In this document: piece after piece, positions 1 to 12,885 of the stretch
How the letters are laid out: every line of letters begins with the position of its first letter
Position numbering within the stretch: position 1 is the stretch's first letter
DNA from: Octopus bimaculoides
Taxonomy: Eukaryota
NCBI RefSeq assembly: GCF_001194135.2
Contig: NC_068990.1
Span: 56,687,470 to 56,724,184 of the forward strand
Reading direction: 5' to 3'
Length of the DNA: 36,715 nt
Program-made: the position numbers and the translations under genes
Notes under the pieces: model-generated
The model's input: only the letters and a program-made list of their open reading frames with translations
Database searches by the model: none
Told to the model about the DNA's origin: nothing

Positions 1-53
1 GTCCAACCCATGCTAGCATGGAAAGCGGACGTTAAACGATGATGATGATGATG

Positions 54-54
<1 letters not shown>
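1..54 (+). mobile_element. 3' terminus of RTE-clade LINE (or RTE-tailed SINE) with (ATG)n tail
   Basis: GTCCAACCCATGCTAGCATGGAAAGCGGACGTTAAACGATGATG matches the end of the RTE fragment at 13178-13235; followed by (TA)n. Confidence 0.85.
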
Positions 55-84
<30 letters not shown>

Positions 85-85
<1 letters not shown>

Positions 86-930
86 TGGGTCATCCCATAA
101 ATAATGTGTTTTTTTTTCAATTGCATAAACTAAAAGTCAGAGGGAGATGGGATAAACTACCTCCATCAACTTGCTTTAAAAGCAGGTAGTAACTTTACCT
201 TGTGCTTATTCTTAGTGCAAGCTTTGAAGAGTGCAGTTTGATGTTAACAGTTGTTTTTTCAAAGCTGTAATGGAAGTGACAGAGGAGCATATTTGGCATA
301 TTTTGTTTTATAAATTCAATAAACGCAACAGAAAGTGCAGGGAATATTAATGCAGTATATGGGGATCAAATGATAAGCATAAGCCAGTGTCAACAGAAGT
401 TCCAGAATTTCTAAGCTGGAAACTACAGCCTAGAAGATGAACCTCATCCTAGAAGATCTGTAGAGCTCAACGATTATGTCCTGCAAACCCTGGTGGAACA
501 AAATCCCATTGTAACTGCTGAGGAACTAGCAGAGAAGCTTGGATTTGGTTATTCAATCATTCATGAACTGCTGCATACCATCGCAAAGTCAGCAAACTGG
601 GCCAATGAGTTCCTTGCAAATTTTCTGAGTCTTATTGCGTATAGAGAGTGAATGTGTGCTCTTCTTTGCTGTCATGTCATATGAATGAACCTTTTTTTTT
701 TTTTGACCAAATAGTGACTAAATAGTGACTGGTGACAACAAATGGGTTCTCTATAAAAATACTAAGCACTGAGGACAGTGGGTAGGGAAAGGAGAAACAC
801 CAGCACCCCAGGTTAAAAAAAAAATCTTCACTCACATAAGGTGTTGTTATATGTTTGGTGGGACATGAAAGGTTTAGTCCCCTTTGAACTTTTAGACCTG
901 AACCAAACAATAACAAAGGGGATCTACTGC
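85..930 (+). mobile_element. Mariner DNA transposon, left end plus degenerate 5' portion of transposase (3'-truncated)
   Basis: TA then TTGGGTCATCCCATAAATAATG TIR-like start at 85. From ATG 270: MEVTEEHIWHILFYKF...GNYSLEDEPHPRRS...EELAEKL...DQIVTGDNKWVLY...YVWWDMKG (mariner HTH and first catalytic Asp region) with stops and frameshifts. No right TIR seen. Confidence 0.9.
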
Positions 931-2093
931 GGAAGATAGCCTATGATTTTAAATTTTATAATAAAAGTTAATTAAAATAAAATGCAGTGGTGGAAAGAGA
1001 AAGTCTGATCTTTGGCAATGCAGTGACAGAAGGTGCCCCTTGTTATTTTCCTATCAGCCAGTCATACACCTGGAGTTTATTAGCTGCTATGATGTTAAAC
1101 ATTTGATAGTCAGTGCCCCATATAATCCCTACATGCACATATACATATGAACTTTTAATGACAATTAGTTTTATTGTAGGTTTGATACCTGAACTCTTAT
1201 GCCATTAATAATGTTGATTCTATTGTACTTCATTCAGCAGCTTCTTTCTCATTTCTTGTTTTTAATCTTTCATGACTTAATCACAACATATTGTTTACAT
1301 TGTTGGCAACACTAGTCAGTATGTCTCAAAGTCAAATGCTTTGAATCTGAATCCAAAGTACTTCTTGGACATCTTTTTTCCCCACAATGACAGATAACTA
1401 ACTGTATGTTATTAATGAATGTTTCTTGATCAAAAAGGATTAAACTGTCTGTTGTATCATTACAAAGCCATAAATACTAGCAAACAAAGATACTTGACGG
1501 CTTGCAGAGAAACATACCCAAATTAATCTGCTAGCATAAATAGAGAACCAAAAATGAAATTAGTACATGCATTGTTGTTGTACCTGTATGTTTCGTTAAT
1601 CCCACAGAAGACAGAGAAGTAAAGGGATTCGCTTGTTTTTCTTAATTATATACATTGAGTCCAGTTGTTGTATTATTGTACCAGCTGGACCAGCCAAAGC
1701 ACTTTTATCAATCTTTATTAGATCAGAATAATGTAAGGAGTTACATATTACTGTTTTGAAATATTGCAAATTACAAATGATTAATAGTGATTAGAAAACT
1801 GGTGATCCACGTTGTTAGTGAGAGGATTATGCTAAGAAACAGAAAAAAAAAATGAAAAGATCTAAGACGTTTCTTAATGATTATTGCTCTCATCTATTTC
1901 TAACTGAAAAGATATTGTTTTCCATGATACACACAGTTCTTGTAGCATATTTGTTTTTCTTTAAGAAAAGGATTTTGCTCAGCTTGTCTTCGTTTCTAGA
2001 GAAAATGAAGTTGTGAGTTGTCTCCTACAGCTCTTCCTATTCACAGCATAGCTGAGAGATAGCAAGCAAGAAAGAGAGAATAAGAGAGGGAGA

Positions 2094-2196
<103 letters not shown>

Positions 2197-2219
2197 TAAG
2201 AGATCGAATGAGAGAAAGA

Positions 2220-2390
2220 AGAATATATTCAGTACTTGACTGGTACTTCATTTGACCTCAGAAGAAAGAAAAACAAAGATGACCTTAGTGAGGTTTAAGC
2301 TCAGAGTGCAGAAAGCCAGAAAAAATACCACCAGAAATTCAGTCTGATGCCTCAATTACTCTGCTACCAGAAGTCAACACTCTACCACCA
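2220..2390 (-). mobile_element. Degenerate tRNA-derived SINE, family B
   Basis: Reverse-complement similarity to the family B copy at 25768-25985 (ACTGGTACTT, GCTCAGA motifs). Confidence 0.6.
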
Positions 2391-2589
2391 GAAGTACATT
2401 TATTCTATTCCGTTGGCCTAGTCAGAGGAAAAAGGACATCACCCATGACCTACATTCAAGTGCTGAGATCAGTGGTCTGGTCTGCATGCTGCCAACAGAA
2501 TGGGTTTCAATAAAGGCAGCAGTCTTAAAACCGAACAACAAATTAGACCTATCAGCCAAACTGTAAAGACCATCTCTTTGGCAATCTTC

Positions 2590-2750
2590 CATGAAGTTTC
2601 TGTTGTTTAAACTTCACTCACAAAGCTTTCATCAACCCAAGACTATGATAAATTACACTTATCCTAGAGGCTGCGCAGTGGGATCGTGCCCAAAACCATG
2701 CAGTTGTGAAGCAAACTTGTTAACCACATATCTACACCTGCTTTCGGATG
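2590..2750 (-). mobile_element. Degenerate tRNA-derived SINE, family A, 5' half
   Basis: Reverse complement aligns by eye with 35819-35970 (GCAGGTGTAG..TGTGGTTAACAAGTTTGCTT..CATGGTTTTGGG..TCCCACTGCG). Confidence 0.65.
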
Positions 2751-2833
2751 TTGCTCCAGTTAGGTACGTTTAAGTAGAAGTATTAATTAGGGTTTCTAGC
2801 AGTGTTTTATTGTGGGGATGGACTCCTAATATT

Positions 2834-3398
2834 TTCAAGGTCTAATCAAAAATTATCAGGATTGCTGCTATAAAAACGTAACTACAACACATGTCAATTT
2901 GGCATTTAATCATCTCATTGGAGTAGACCCCTTTTCAGGTTACACACTTTATTCAGCGTCGTTTCCAATGATAGAAGAATACCTGGAACTCATTTTGTGG
3001 AGATAGCGAGCAGCTGTCTCATTTGCATTCTCTTTGATTTCCTTGATATCTTGAAACCTTGTTGGGATCTTCCATTACAAAGGCTGCGCCTTGGTTTTAG
3101 GGTCATAGTCGTAGACTAATGATTCATCACCTGTTATGGCCGTTTTCAAAATGATTTCATCTTCCTTGACAATCAAAATCCTTAACAGTTGAAACATGAT
3201 CTTCTTTCTGAGATGACCACACTCTACACACTTTACTTTCAAGTACTGCTGTAAACAATAGAAATGAGCGAGAATGTCATAACTTAGTGAACATGCACAA
3301 CAGAGTTCAAGGTCAATTTGTACCAAACAGCTTCACTCTGTGTACTTTAGCTCAGTTACTATAGCAACAGTCCCGATATTTTTTGATCAGACTTCATA
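2834..3398 (-). mobile_element. Internally deleted mariner element (565 bp, both TIRs present)
   Basis: 39-bp TIRs at 2834-2872 and 3360-3398 (30/39 identical by eye). Minus strand encodes ITGDESLVYDYDPKTKAQ, then RFQDIKEIKENA...EFQVFFYHWKRR*.KCV (mariner C-terminus). Confidence 0.9.
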
Positions 3399-4589
3399 AA
3401 TCTTACGAAACATGTGGTGTCTATAGAAATAGTTTATATTTTTGTGTGGATATCTTACCATTTCATTAGTTTATTTCTTGATTTGCCCGTCACTGAAATC
3501 ACATTAACATTGAATCTACAGGTATTTAAATTAAATTCTTGGAGTGAAATACATAATTAAAAACTGATATTAATTAATTTATTGTTAACAACTCTAAAAC
3601 TTAATTTAATTTCAGCCATTAAATCGTAATTATTTATTTTAACGTTTATTTCTTCTGCACATTTTTCAGCATTGTCATGTCATTAAGAAGCATGTGGCTC
3701 TATTTCTGTTTCCATTCTGAAGTACTTTGGGGGAGTATTTTCTACCATAACATTGACTGGAAGAAAGATGCATTAGATTAGATACACTGTGTCACAAAAA
3801 GTGATGGAATGGTTATACTGGAACAAGTTTTATTTATGTCTAGTTCTAGATCAAACATGATCTGGATTTAAACAACAACAACAACAACGACAACATCAGC
3901 AGCAGAATCAGTGGACATGTAAACATAAATGAAATGAAATACTTTAATATACAGATTCTTTGAAATCATATGTTGAATCAACCAAGGAAAATATCCAATT
4001 CTTTTTTTTTTTGCTTTTGATATTTCCATTACTGAAAAAAAAAAAGGATTGTAAGAGTTATTATTAACAATATGATGGCAAAAGACATTGTTTTTATTTT
4101 TTAGATGAAACAATAAAATTATTGTCTAAATTTTGTCTTAATTAATTGAACAACAATACATAAGTGGAAGGATTTCTAAATTAAATGGAAACATATCACG
4201 TTCTAAAATATCCAAATTTTTGAAGATAAACAGCACTTTTAGTGGAAATGACTAAGCCCTTTTCATTATATGAAACATTCACAAGTAAAGAATCATAAGA
4301 CTTTGATACGTTCTTTATTTGTAAACTAATTAAATATGAATGAAATGATAACTATAATTTGTCAGGCGACTTGTCAGAATTCTTTAGCTTAAAGACAATA
4401 TCTGAAAAATTAGTAATACAAAAACATCTGTCTGATTGTACCACATCATGCTTATGGTGTGTTACAAATTATATGGAGTGTGATGGTGTATGCCATAAAT
4501 TTGAGTTGAAATACAATGGTCATATATTCTTTTCAGTTGTTGTTTACTCTATTCTGCCTTATCAGTATTGACCAAAAATTTTGATCGAA

Positions 4590-4960
4590 GGCTGTGTGTG
4601 CTAAGAAGCTTGCTTCCCAACCACATAGTTTTGGGTTCAATCCCACAATGTAACAGCTTGAGCAGGTGTGTATTCTACAATAGCCTCAGGCCAACAAAAA
4701 CCTTGTGAGTGGATCTAGTTGTTGGAAACTGAAAGAAGCCCATTGTGTGTGTGCATGTGTGAATTTGTCTCCACCATCACTTGACAACTGGTGTTGGTGT
4801 GTTTATATCCCCATAACCTAGTAGTTTGGTAAAATAGAATGATAGACTAAGTCCAGGTTTAGAAACATAAATACTGGGGTCTATCCAATCAACTAAAAAT
4901 TCTTCAAGGTGGTGCCCCAGTTTGGTTGCAGTCTAATGACTGAAACAAGTAAAAAGATGA
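4590..4960 (+). mobile_element. tRNA-derived SINE family A, full length, diverged
   Basis: Colinear with 35819-36200: B-box GGTTCAATCCC, central GGAAACTGAAAGAAGCCC, (TG)n, 3' AATGACTGAAACAAGTAAAA. Confidence 0.85.
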
Positions 4961-5829
4961 AATATCATCTTATTAGGGTTACGTCTATTGTTTGCTGTTT
5001 GTAGATTCTAAACTCACCTTCAAGGAATGTTTATCTACTAATTGCTTGAATGATCACAGTGGATTAAAAATCTCAGAACATAGCTTTCCAGCATAATATA
5101 ACTGTGATGCCTTAACTTTCCTGTCAACATTAAAACCCATAACATTACAACAAAAGCTCTAATTCTAATAAATATAAGGAGAGAGAGAGAGAGAGACAGG
5201 GGGAGAGATAGATAGAGAGAGAGGGGGAGAGGGGGAGAGAGAGAGAGAATTACTCTGAAGTTATTGTGCAGTTTTAAATTTGCAAAACATTAGGTCTCTA
5301 CATACTGCCAAAAGTGTGACAGAGACTTCATTGCAGAATTTATTCTTAAGGATTTTAATTTTTAACATGTCTACCATCATTTCATTTAGAGTAATAGGAT
5401 TATGAACTTCCAGAAATATGATTTGCAGTTGATTTTCATTCATACCTTAAATCCCATTTAGTTATCCTGACCTGTGAGTCACCAAAACAAGCAGGTTTAG
5501 TTGAATAAATAAAGGTTATCATGTCTCCATGTAATATACTTTAAGTAATTATAAAGTTTTTGTTATATTTGTAAACAATGGTACATTATATTGACAATGA
5601 TAAAACAGACATGTCAGACTTCTAAAGGATCTTTACAGATTAATTCTATCATATATAAAACTAAAATTATAAAATTATTACTGATCAGGGACATAATAAT
5701 GATATTGTAGCAGTCACTCAAAACCTGAGCTACAAGGTAACTAGTCAGAAACCACGGCCAAACCACAATAGTTTCACATGATCGGTCTAGTAAAGCAACC
5801 AACCAACATCAAGCCATGGCATGATTTAA

Positions 5830-6090
5830 TCTTCTTCTTTCATCCTATAAAAGACCACTTTTGGCATCTAAACTCTTTGTAAAATGTTGAGGCAGCTGAG
5901 TGTCTCCAGTCTTGCCTGGCAGATAGCCCATGCAGATGGCCTAGGACAGATGATCATAGCACAATTGCTTTCAAATATGTTGGGCAAAACCACATGTTGC
6001 AATACCAATAGCTTCCTGTAATCTCAGAGCAGCATCATCCACTCCCAGTCTGTAATTATTGCTGTTGTTAATTGTAAATGGCCAATGCAG
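5830..6090 (-). mobile_element. Possible very old L1/Tx1-like LINE remnant
   Basis: Broken minus-strand peptides LGV..ALRLQ, RPSAWAICQARL and STFYKEF loosely resemble the post-RT region seen at 26950-27790; weak. Confidence 0.3.
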
Positions 6091-6593
6091 ATTGTCTTTA
6101 GGTGTAACAAAAAATATTTCAGTTAAATATTCATGGGTTTTGCTTCATTCACACAGCCAATGAAACATATCCTCAACTCAACAAAACTCTGAAACCTGTG
6201 ACAATATCATAAAAACGTAACTAGCAGCACCATGGAAATTTTATTGATATTTTGAAAAATATATGATTATTGAAAATTTATAAAGAATTTGAAATATATA
6301 AATTCCTTTAGAAAATATATCTCTTCTGAAATGTTTAACACTTGAGGTGGTAAAGAGTTAGTTCTAGAGGAAGTTATTGGACGGGATGATGCAACTTGAA
6401 AAAAAATGCCTTTCTTTGCTATTCTCTAACACCCTTTCGAAGAAGTGAACATTCAATTTGAACACACTCTAGAAGGAGCTTTATACAATTATATACTTCT
6501 CTCCACCTTGTCACCATGTTAATAAAATTAGTGACAATACACTGCAAGAAAAACGTATGTTGTAAAATGCTTTAAAAAAATCATAGCTAGGGG

Positions 6594-6913
6594 ACTATGG
6601 TTTAAGTATTCCACTCCAATTCTATTAAAATATGTGAGGATTTATTGTGGATGGTAACGCACAAACATATTCATACATACACATGCATACATGTATGCAC
6701 ATACATACATATGAACGTTCACACACAACTACACTTTTCCACAAATATTTCGGGCATGCATTAATATGCCATAAACATAGCCGTTGTAGTTAAAAACAAA
6801 CTTTTGAAAATAAAATATCAAAGAAAGTAGTATTGAAATTTTGATGAGTGATACTATATTGGAAATAGAATAGTAAGTACCATTTAAAATATCGGAGCTT
6901 TTTCACACAACTA
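6594..6913 (+). repeat. 320-bp repeat A, copy 1 (direct copy at 10005-10324)
   Basis: ACTATGGTTTAAGTATTCCACTCC...TTTTTCACACAACTA present twice at the same length, roughly 90% identical by eye. Confidence 0.95.
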
Positions 6914-7100
6914 AAAGGTATCTAAAAGGTTCTGTTGTGGCACAACTACCCTAAATAATGCTTTAACAACTTGTCTTATAAATAATATAAATATTGTGTC
7001 TATAACAGACTGTCTTCTGGTTTATTCTGTAGTTTATCAATTGCTTGTCTTATGAATAAGAGTATATTTTATAAGAGTATATTTTTGATTTTCAGGGATG

Positions 7101-7138
<38 letters not shown>

Positions 7139-8126
7139 NNNNNNNNNNNNNNNNNNNNNNNNNNNNNNNNNNNNNNNNNNNNNNNNNNNNNNNNNNNNNN
7201 NNNNNNNNNNNNNNNNNNNNNNNNNNNNNNNNNNNNNNNNNNNNNNNNNNNNNNNNNNNNNNNNNNNNNNNNNNNNNNNNNNNNNNNNNNNNNNNNNNNN
7301 NNNNNNNNNNNNNNNNNNNNNNNNNNNNNNNNNNNNNNNNNNNNNNNNNNNNNNNNNNNNNNNNNNNNNNNNNNNNNNNNNNNNNNNNNNNNNNNNNNNN
7401 NNNNNNNNNNNNNNNNNNNNNNNNNNNNNNNNNNNNNNNNNNNNNNNNNNNNNNNNNNNNNNNNNNNNNNNNNNNNNNNNNNNNNNNNNNNNNNNNNNNN
7501 NNNNNNNNNNNNNNNNNNNNNNNNNNNNNNNNNNNNNNNNNNNNNNNNNNNNNNNNNNNNNNNNNNNNNNNNNNNNNNNNNNNNNNNNNNNNNNNNNNNN
7601 NNNNNNNNNNNNNNNNNNNNNNNNNNNNNNNNNNNNNNNNNNNNNNNNNNNNNNNNNNNNNNNNNNNNNNNNNNNNNNNNNNNNNNNNNNNNNNNNNNNN
7701 NNNNNNNNNNNNNNNNNNNNNNNNNNNNNNNNNNNNNNNNNNNNNNNNNNNNNNNNNNNNNNNNNNNNNNNNNNNNNNNNNNNNNNNNNNNNNNNNNNNN
7801 NNNNNNNNNNNNNNNNNNNNNNNNNNNNNNNNNNNNNNNNNNNNNNNNNNNNNNNNNNNNNNNNNNNNNNNNNNNNNNNNNNNNNNNNNNNNNNNNNNNN
7901 NNNNNNNNNNNNNNNNNNNNNNNNNNNNNNNNNNNNNNNNNNNNNNNNNNNNNNNNNNNNNNNNNNNNNNNNNNNNNNNNNNNNNNNNNNNNNNNNNNNN
8001 NNNNNNNNNNNNNNNNNNNNNNNNNNNNNNNNNNNNNNNNNNNNNNNNNNNNNNNNNNNNNNNNNNNNNNNNNNNNNNNNNNNNNNNNNNNNNNNNNNNN
8101 NNNNNNNNNNNNNNNNNNNNNNNNNN
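7139..8126. other. Assembly gap (988 N) after (TA)n
   Basis: N run. Confidence 1.
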
Positions 8127-9346
8127 AATAACTTTGATAAGATATGAAAATTATACATCATTATAGGAGCTTCGTGTGTCTTCTTTTCATTTCAGATTAA
8201 ATAAATTCAGATTTATGAATTAGATAATGGTTATAGACTGAAATACGATCATAATCTTCCACCAGGGAGATTGAAAAAGCTTACTTAAAATTAACGGAAC
8301 AATAGTCTGGAAAATTGTCAAGAAATTTTCAAGAGACTGGTTCCACTGCTGATCGACCTGGACGTGGTTGAAAAAGAAGTGTGCAGACACCTCAGCTTAG
8401 AAAAAAGTACCAGAAAAAAGATACGGCAAAATCTTCCTGGTTCCTTCAGAAAACTGGCTGCCACAGTAAAAATAAGCCAAACATCGATGTATAGAATGCT
8501 GAAGAAGGATCTCAGGACCCACCCTTACAAGATGATCCATCGTCATGAACATATGCAAGTTTTTAAGGCCACGAGACGGGAGAGGAATCGTTTTATCCTG
8601 TGTTAGATTGCTGAAGGCATGCTGCCCATCTTGGTGTTCACTGATGATAAGAAATTTGACACAGAACAGACAGTAAACCACCAAAATGATCGACTTTGAA
8701 GTGTATCTGGCTCCATCGAGGGTGAACTCGTAAATCAACATCAAAATCCACTGTCAATGTTTGGGAGGATGTGACAACCACTGGAAGATCTCCCATCAGT
8801 TTTGTGACTTCAGGTGTTAAAAGTAACACCCAGCAATACATTAGCAACATTCTGGAAGCTGAACTGCTTCCATGGGTGAAAGAGAAATTTCAGGGTGTAC
8901 CTTGGAGCCTCCAACAGCTCTCGGCACTATCCTACAGCTCTAAACAGACACAGTACTGGATCCGGCAAAATATTCCATCTTTCATAAGCAAGGATGTATG
9001 GCCCTCAAGAAGTCCCGATCTCAACTTGTTGGATTTTTCTGTTTGGTCCATTTTGGAGACGAGGGTTTCGAGCACTCCTCATACTTTGCTCGACGTTCTG
9101 AAGGCAAAACTGCACCAGGAATGAGCTCTGATTCCACAAGAACAACTGCAGGTCACGTGTGAAGCATTCGCACCTAGACTTAAGGATGTGATTCGAAACA
9201 GAAGTGGTCATATTGAATAAATGTGGTAGTGTCATAATTGTGTTTCTTTTACCATTGCATTACAAAGCTCAGACCCGAAATATAACAATAATTTGCTTTG
9301 GCAAAATTTTAAAAAGTTGATTGCCTTAATTTTGGGACACCCTGTA
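8127..9346 (+). mobile_element. maT (DD37D) Tc1/mariner-superfamily transposon, degenerate; left TIR probably in the gap
   Basis: Broken transposase 8227-9220: DRPGRG, LVFTDDKKF (D1), HQNDR, QQ(L for D)SA, WPSRSPDLNLLDFSVWSILE, with 37 residues between the D2 and D3 positions. Ends GGGACACCCTG+TA at 9346. Confidence 0.92.
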
Positions 9347-9410
9347 AAGAAGATTACATTCTATGTCTCTTTTTCCCTAACATAAAAAGTGACATAAAAT
9401 ATGGTTTCTG

Positions 9411-9819
9411 GGAAGTTTGGCTATTACTTTTAGCAAGTCAAGTAATGACATAGAGACACCCTTCGTTGTCTCATATTTCAATGACTTGTAAAATTTTGTG
9501 GTTTATAAAGTGTTGTAAATGTTTTGTCGCTTTTGTGTATTGCAAAATTTGTAAACGTACAGCATGTTTCTTTACTGCATTACAGATAATGTGTATTTTT
9601 GTATTGTGCTGCGAGTAAACCGTAGATTTTGTAGTTAATTGTCAAAGAGCTGAGTTTGTGTAAAGCATAAGGTATGTGGTGTGTTGTTGCAGAGGGTTTG
9701 GAGTCTGTTGCTTTTGTAACGTGTTGACTTTGAAACGTATTGTTATAAATATCTGTGCAAGTTTTACTGTGATGTAAATGTGTTTGTATGTCCTTGCAGC
9801 ATGATGTCAATTTATTGAA
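9411..9819 (+). repeat. ~410-bp repeat B, copy 1 (direct copy at 13562-13969)
   Basis: GCTATTACTTTTAGCAAGTCAAGTAATG...GATGTCAATTTA present twice; ORFs 9580-9810 and 13730-13978 give near-identical peptides. Confidence 0.95.
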
Positions 9820-10004
9820 TGTGTTGTATGAATAGCAGATGCCTTACTACTAGTTGCTTTTAGAACATTTCAGGAAACCAAAATATGGTAATTCTTAACA
9901 GTAACAGCAACAAAAATCATTATATCATGCTTCATGTTTTGCTTAAAATCTTTTCATGAATAAACCTCATTCAAAAGGATTTTAATTGTTGTGCTATTAT
10001 AGGC

Positions 10005-10324
10005 ACTATGGTTTAAGTATTCCACTCCAATTCTATTAAAATATGTGAGGATTTATTGTGGATGGTGACGCACAAACATATTCACACATTCACATGTATA
10101 CATGCAGGCACCTGCATACATATGAATGTTCACACACAACTACACTTTTCCACAAATATTTCGGGCATGCATTAATATGCCATAAACATAACCGTTCTAG
10201 TGAAAAACAAACTTTTGAAAATAAAATATCAAAGAAAGTAGTACTGAAGTTTTGATGAGTGATGCTATATAGGAAATAAAATAGTAAATACCATTTAAAA
10301 TATCAGAGCTTTTTCACACAACTA
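10005..10324 (+). repeat. Repeat A, copy 2
   Basis: See 6594-6913. Confidence 0.95.
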
Positions 10325-10829
10325 TAACAGAGAGTAGCCATATAACTGTTGAGATTGTCTTGTTGGTAATTTATTTATTTATTTTCTATTGTATTTTATG
10401 AAGAATAGTATCATTGGTTATAGGTTTCCAACAGGTTAATCAATGATTCACTGCATTTGCATTGTCGAAGATGTCAAGGAATTGTCTATCTAATTTGGAT
10501 AGAACGAATATCATGAGGAATTTTTATTCAAAAGTACTAGTCTTTAGGTTACCTCATGGATATTTACATTTTCACCAAATTAAATGCTGAACAATGTATA
10601 TGAGTAGTACAGATGTGTGTGTGTGTGTGTGTGTGTGTAAATATAAAACTTCTATAAGGCCAGATATAACTGAACAGATATAGTTGAGACAAGACAAAAA
10701 AAGAAGAAGAAAAAAAACACGGGTAGTCAATGTGATCAGCTACCCAACAGTTATGAATATCTCTTTCAAAATCAGCAAAGAGAATATTTATGGTTGGTTA
10801 ACATGCAGTTTACCATCGTAAAATAGTGA

Positions 10830-11196
10830 AAGGAAATTGCCTTTAAAAATGAAGGTATATTGCGATAGAAACTGGAAGTGATGACAATGACATAATAAAA
10901 TTTTATAAAATACATTTGATATCCGATAAGTGCGCTTCTTATGTAGGTCTTGATAACTTCTTTATTCATGAAGTTGTCAACCATTCACTCAATTTTGTTT
11001 ATCCAAATGACGACAGCATTCATACACAAACTATTGAAGGTCGACAGGTGCTCATGGAGGAGAAACTTAGGCAATAATGTGGGTCTAGTGATAAAATTTT
11101 TTACATCATATCTTCATGTGTTGTGATGTATGGCGAAACAAATTTAGAGATAAAGAAAAACTATTCTTGAATCTCATTTCATGCATCAATAACTGA
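10830..11196 (+). mobile_element. Merlin (IS1595/ISXO2-like) DDE transposase remnant
   Basis: Frame through 10919-11077: LISDKCASYVGLDNFFIHEVVNHSLNFVYPNDDSIHTQTIEG, matching the Merlin SD..AY..L...H..VNHS.NFV.P...HTQ.IE pattern. Frameshifted SYL and WRNKFRDKEKLFLNLISCI follow; YHRKIVKG lies upstream. Confidence 0.8.
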
Positions 11197-11763
11197 TGCT
11201 TTCCTGTAAACATGTGCTTTCATCTTATATAAAATTTACATAAAATTTCCATGTTATATTAAACATATGAACGTTTAGGTATTGGATCCATTTGTATATT
11301 GTGTACATTGTTTGCATGAAATTACGGGATGTCACTTTTGTCACATCCGATTTCTATCCTAATATACTTTCATTTTTTAAGGGCTAGTTACTTACACTAT
11401 TTTATGACACCATGGTGCTTGTTAACATTATGGACACCTGCTTCGAAACTTTTTTTTAATATAAGTTCATATTTATAGCAATAATTATTGGTGCGTTTAT
11501 GTTAGTAAATGTGTATGCGACAATGTGGAAAGGCTAGAATTTTCAGACTAAGGAAGAAACTAGTTAATCAAACTTTAAAGATACAAGACTTCTGAAGTAC
11601 AACAAGTAATGCTTATTACTATTGTTTCATCAAACTCCCAGTTACAGAGTTGTATTTCTTTGTTAGAAACTTGCTTGGTAGGAAGAATTTTAATAAATAA
11701 ATAAAAAATAATGAATACACACACATAAACATATATGGATACATACATACACATATTCATACC

Positions 11764-11795
<32 letters not shown>

Positions 11796-11819
11796 AAACA
11801 AACAAACAAACAAGCAAAT

Positions 11820-11990
11820 ATGACAGTCTGTTTCATATGTTCAGCTTCTCAAATTCTATTCAGACAGCACTGATCATTCAGGAACTTTGGTAAAAGACAC
11901 TTCCACCTAAATACTTGCACTATGCATTAACCCACAGTAGGAATATACTGCTGTGAAGCAATTTTCTTTACCCAAATACATATCTGCATC
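11820..11990 (-). mobile_element. Highly degenerate SINE family A, 5' half
   Basis: CTTTGG..AAGACACTT..TTAACCCACAGTAGGA pattern matches the reverse complement of family A; low identity. Confidence 0.45.
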
Positions 11991-12216
11991 TAGTAAGAGA
12001 AAAATTTGGGGACTACTGAATTAGATTGACCGAAGCAAAGATGTTCAAGCTCTTGAGAAGAGAGCTTTGTAGTTAAGTGATTCTGGCTTCAATATACTAG
12101 TATATGGCACCTTGAGTTAGTGTCATGTATGTACCAAAGATTCTGATTAACCAAACTCTTGTGTGTGTAATATTGGTATTTTGGTACACAAAAATTGAGA
12201 AGCTAGCCAGTGTGTG

Positions 12217-12248
<32 letters not shown>

Positions 12249-12456
12249 TATATATATATATATATATATAGAATCATTGAAATGAGTCATTGATAATGCA
12301 ATGTGAGGCCTTTATATGACTCTTGAGCCCTGCCAAAGGTTTCCGCATTTTATTGCATAATGCAGAAGGAACATGCACCACAGTATTTGCGTGTGCATAT
12401 TCATGTGTATGTATGTGTGTATATTTATATATACACACATACATTCATTTTTATAC

Positions 12457-12533
<77 letters not shown>

Positions 12534-12589
12534 AATACACACACACACACACATTCATTCCTATATATATATATACATACACATACATA

Positions 12590-12775
12590 CATCATTGTGA
12601 TCAGTTAACATCAGTTTTCCATATTGGCATGGGTTGAGCAGTCTGACAGGATCCGACGAGCTGTATGGCTGCTCCAAGCTGCAGACATGCTTTGCCATGG
12701 TTTCTATGGCTGAATGCCCTTCCTAACACCAACCACTTTACAGAAAGTGCAGGGAGTTTTTATGTGGCACCATAA
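12590..12775 (-). mobile_element. RTE-type 3' tail element
   Basis: CATCAT..TTAACATCAGTTTTCCATATTGGCATGGGTTG..GCCCTTCCTAACACCAACCAC, similar to 19100-19280. Confidence 0.75.
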
Positions 12776-12885
12776 TCTTTTTGATGGACCGGTAGATCTT
12801 GAAGTAGAGAAAGCTATAAATCTGTAAACATAATAGGTGTTCTATCATTGGTGTTCCCATGACACCAATGATTTTATATTTCCCT

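Noticed and set aside
7037-8161. Long ORFs spanning N runs (also near 17.5-18.1 kb and 31.8-32.4 kb) and YIYI/LSLS/CVCV ORFs
   Set aside because: Artefacts of assembly gaps and dinucleotide microsatellites.
9580-9810. Duplicated small protein gene (same peptide at 13730-13978)
   Set aside because: The peptide identity only reflects DNA repeat B; start codons differ and there is no recognisable domain.
11327-11349. GGATGTCACTTTTGTCACATCC as a Merlin TIR or hairpin
   Set aside because: Imperfect 9-bp stem with no partner copy or TSD found.
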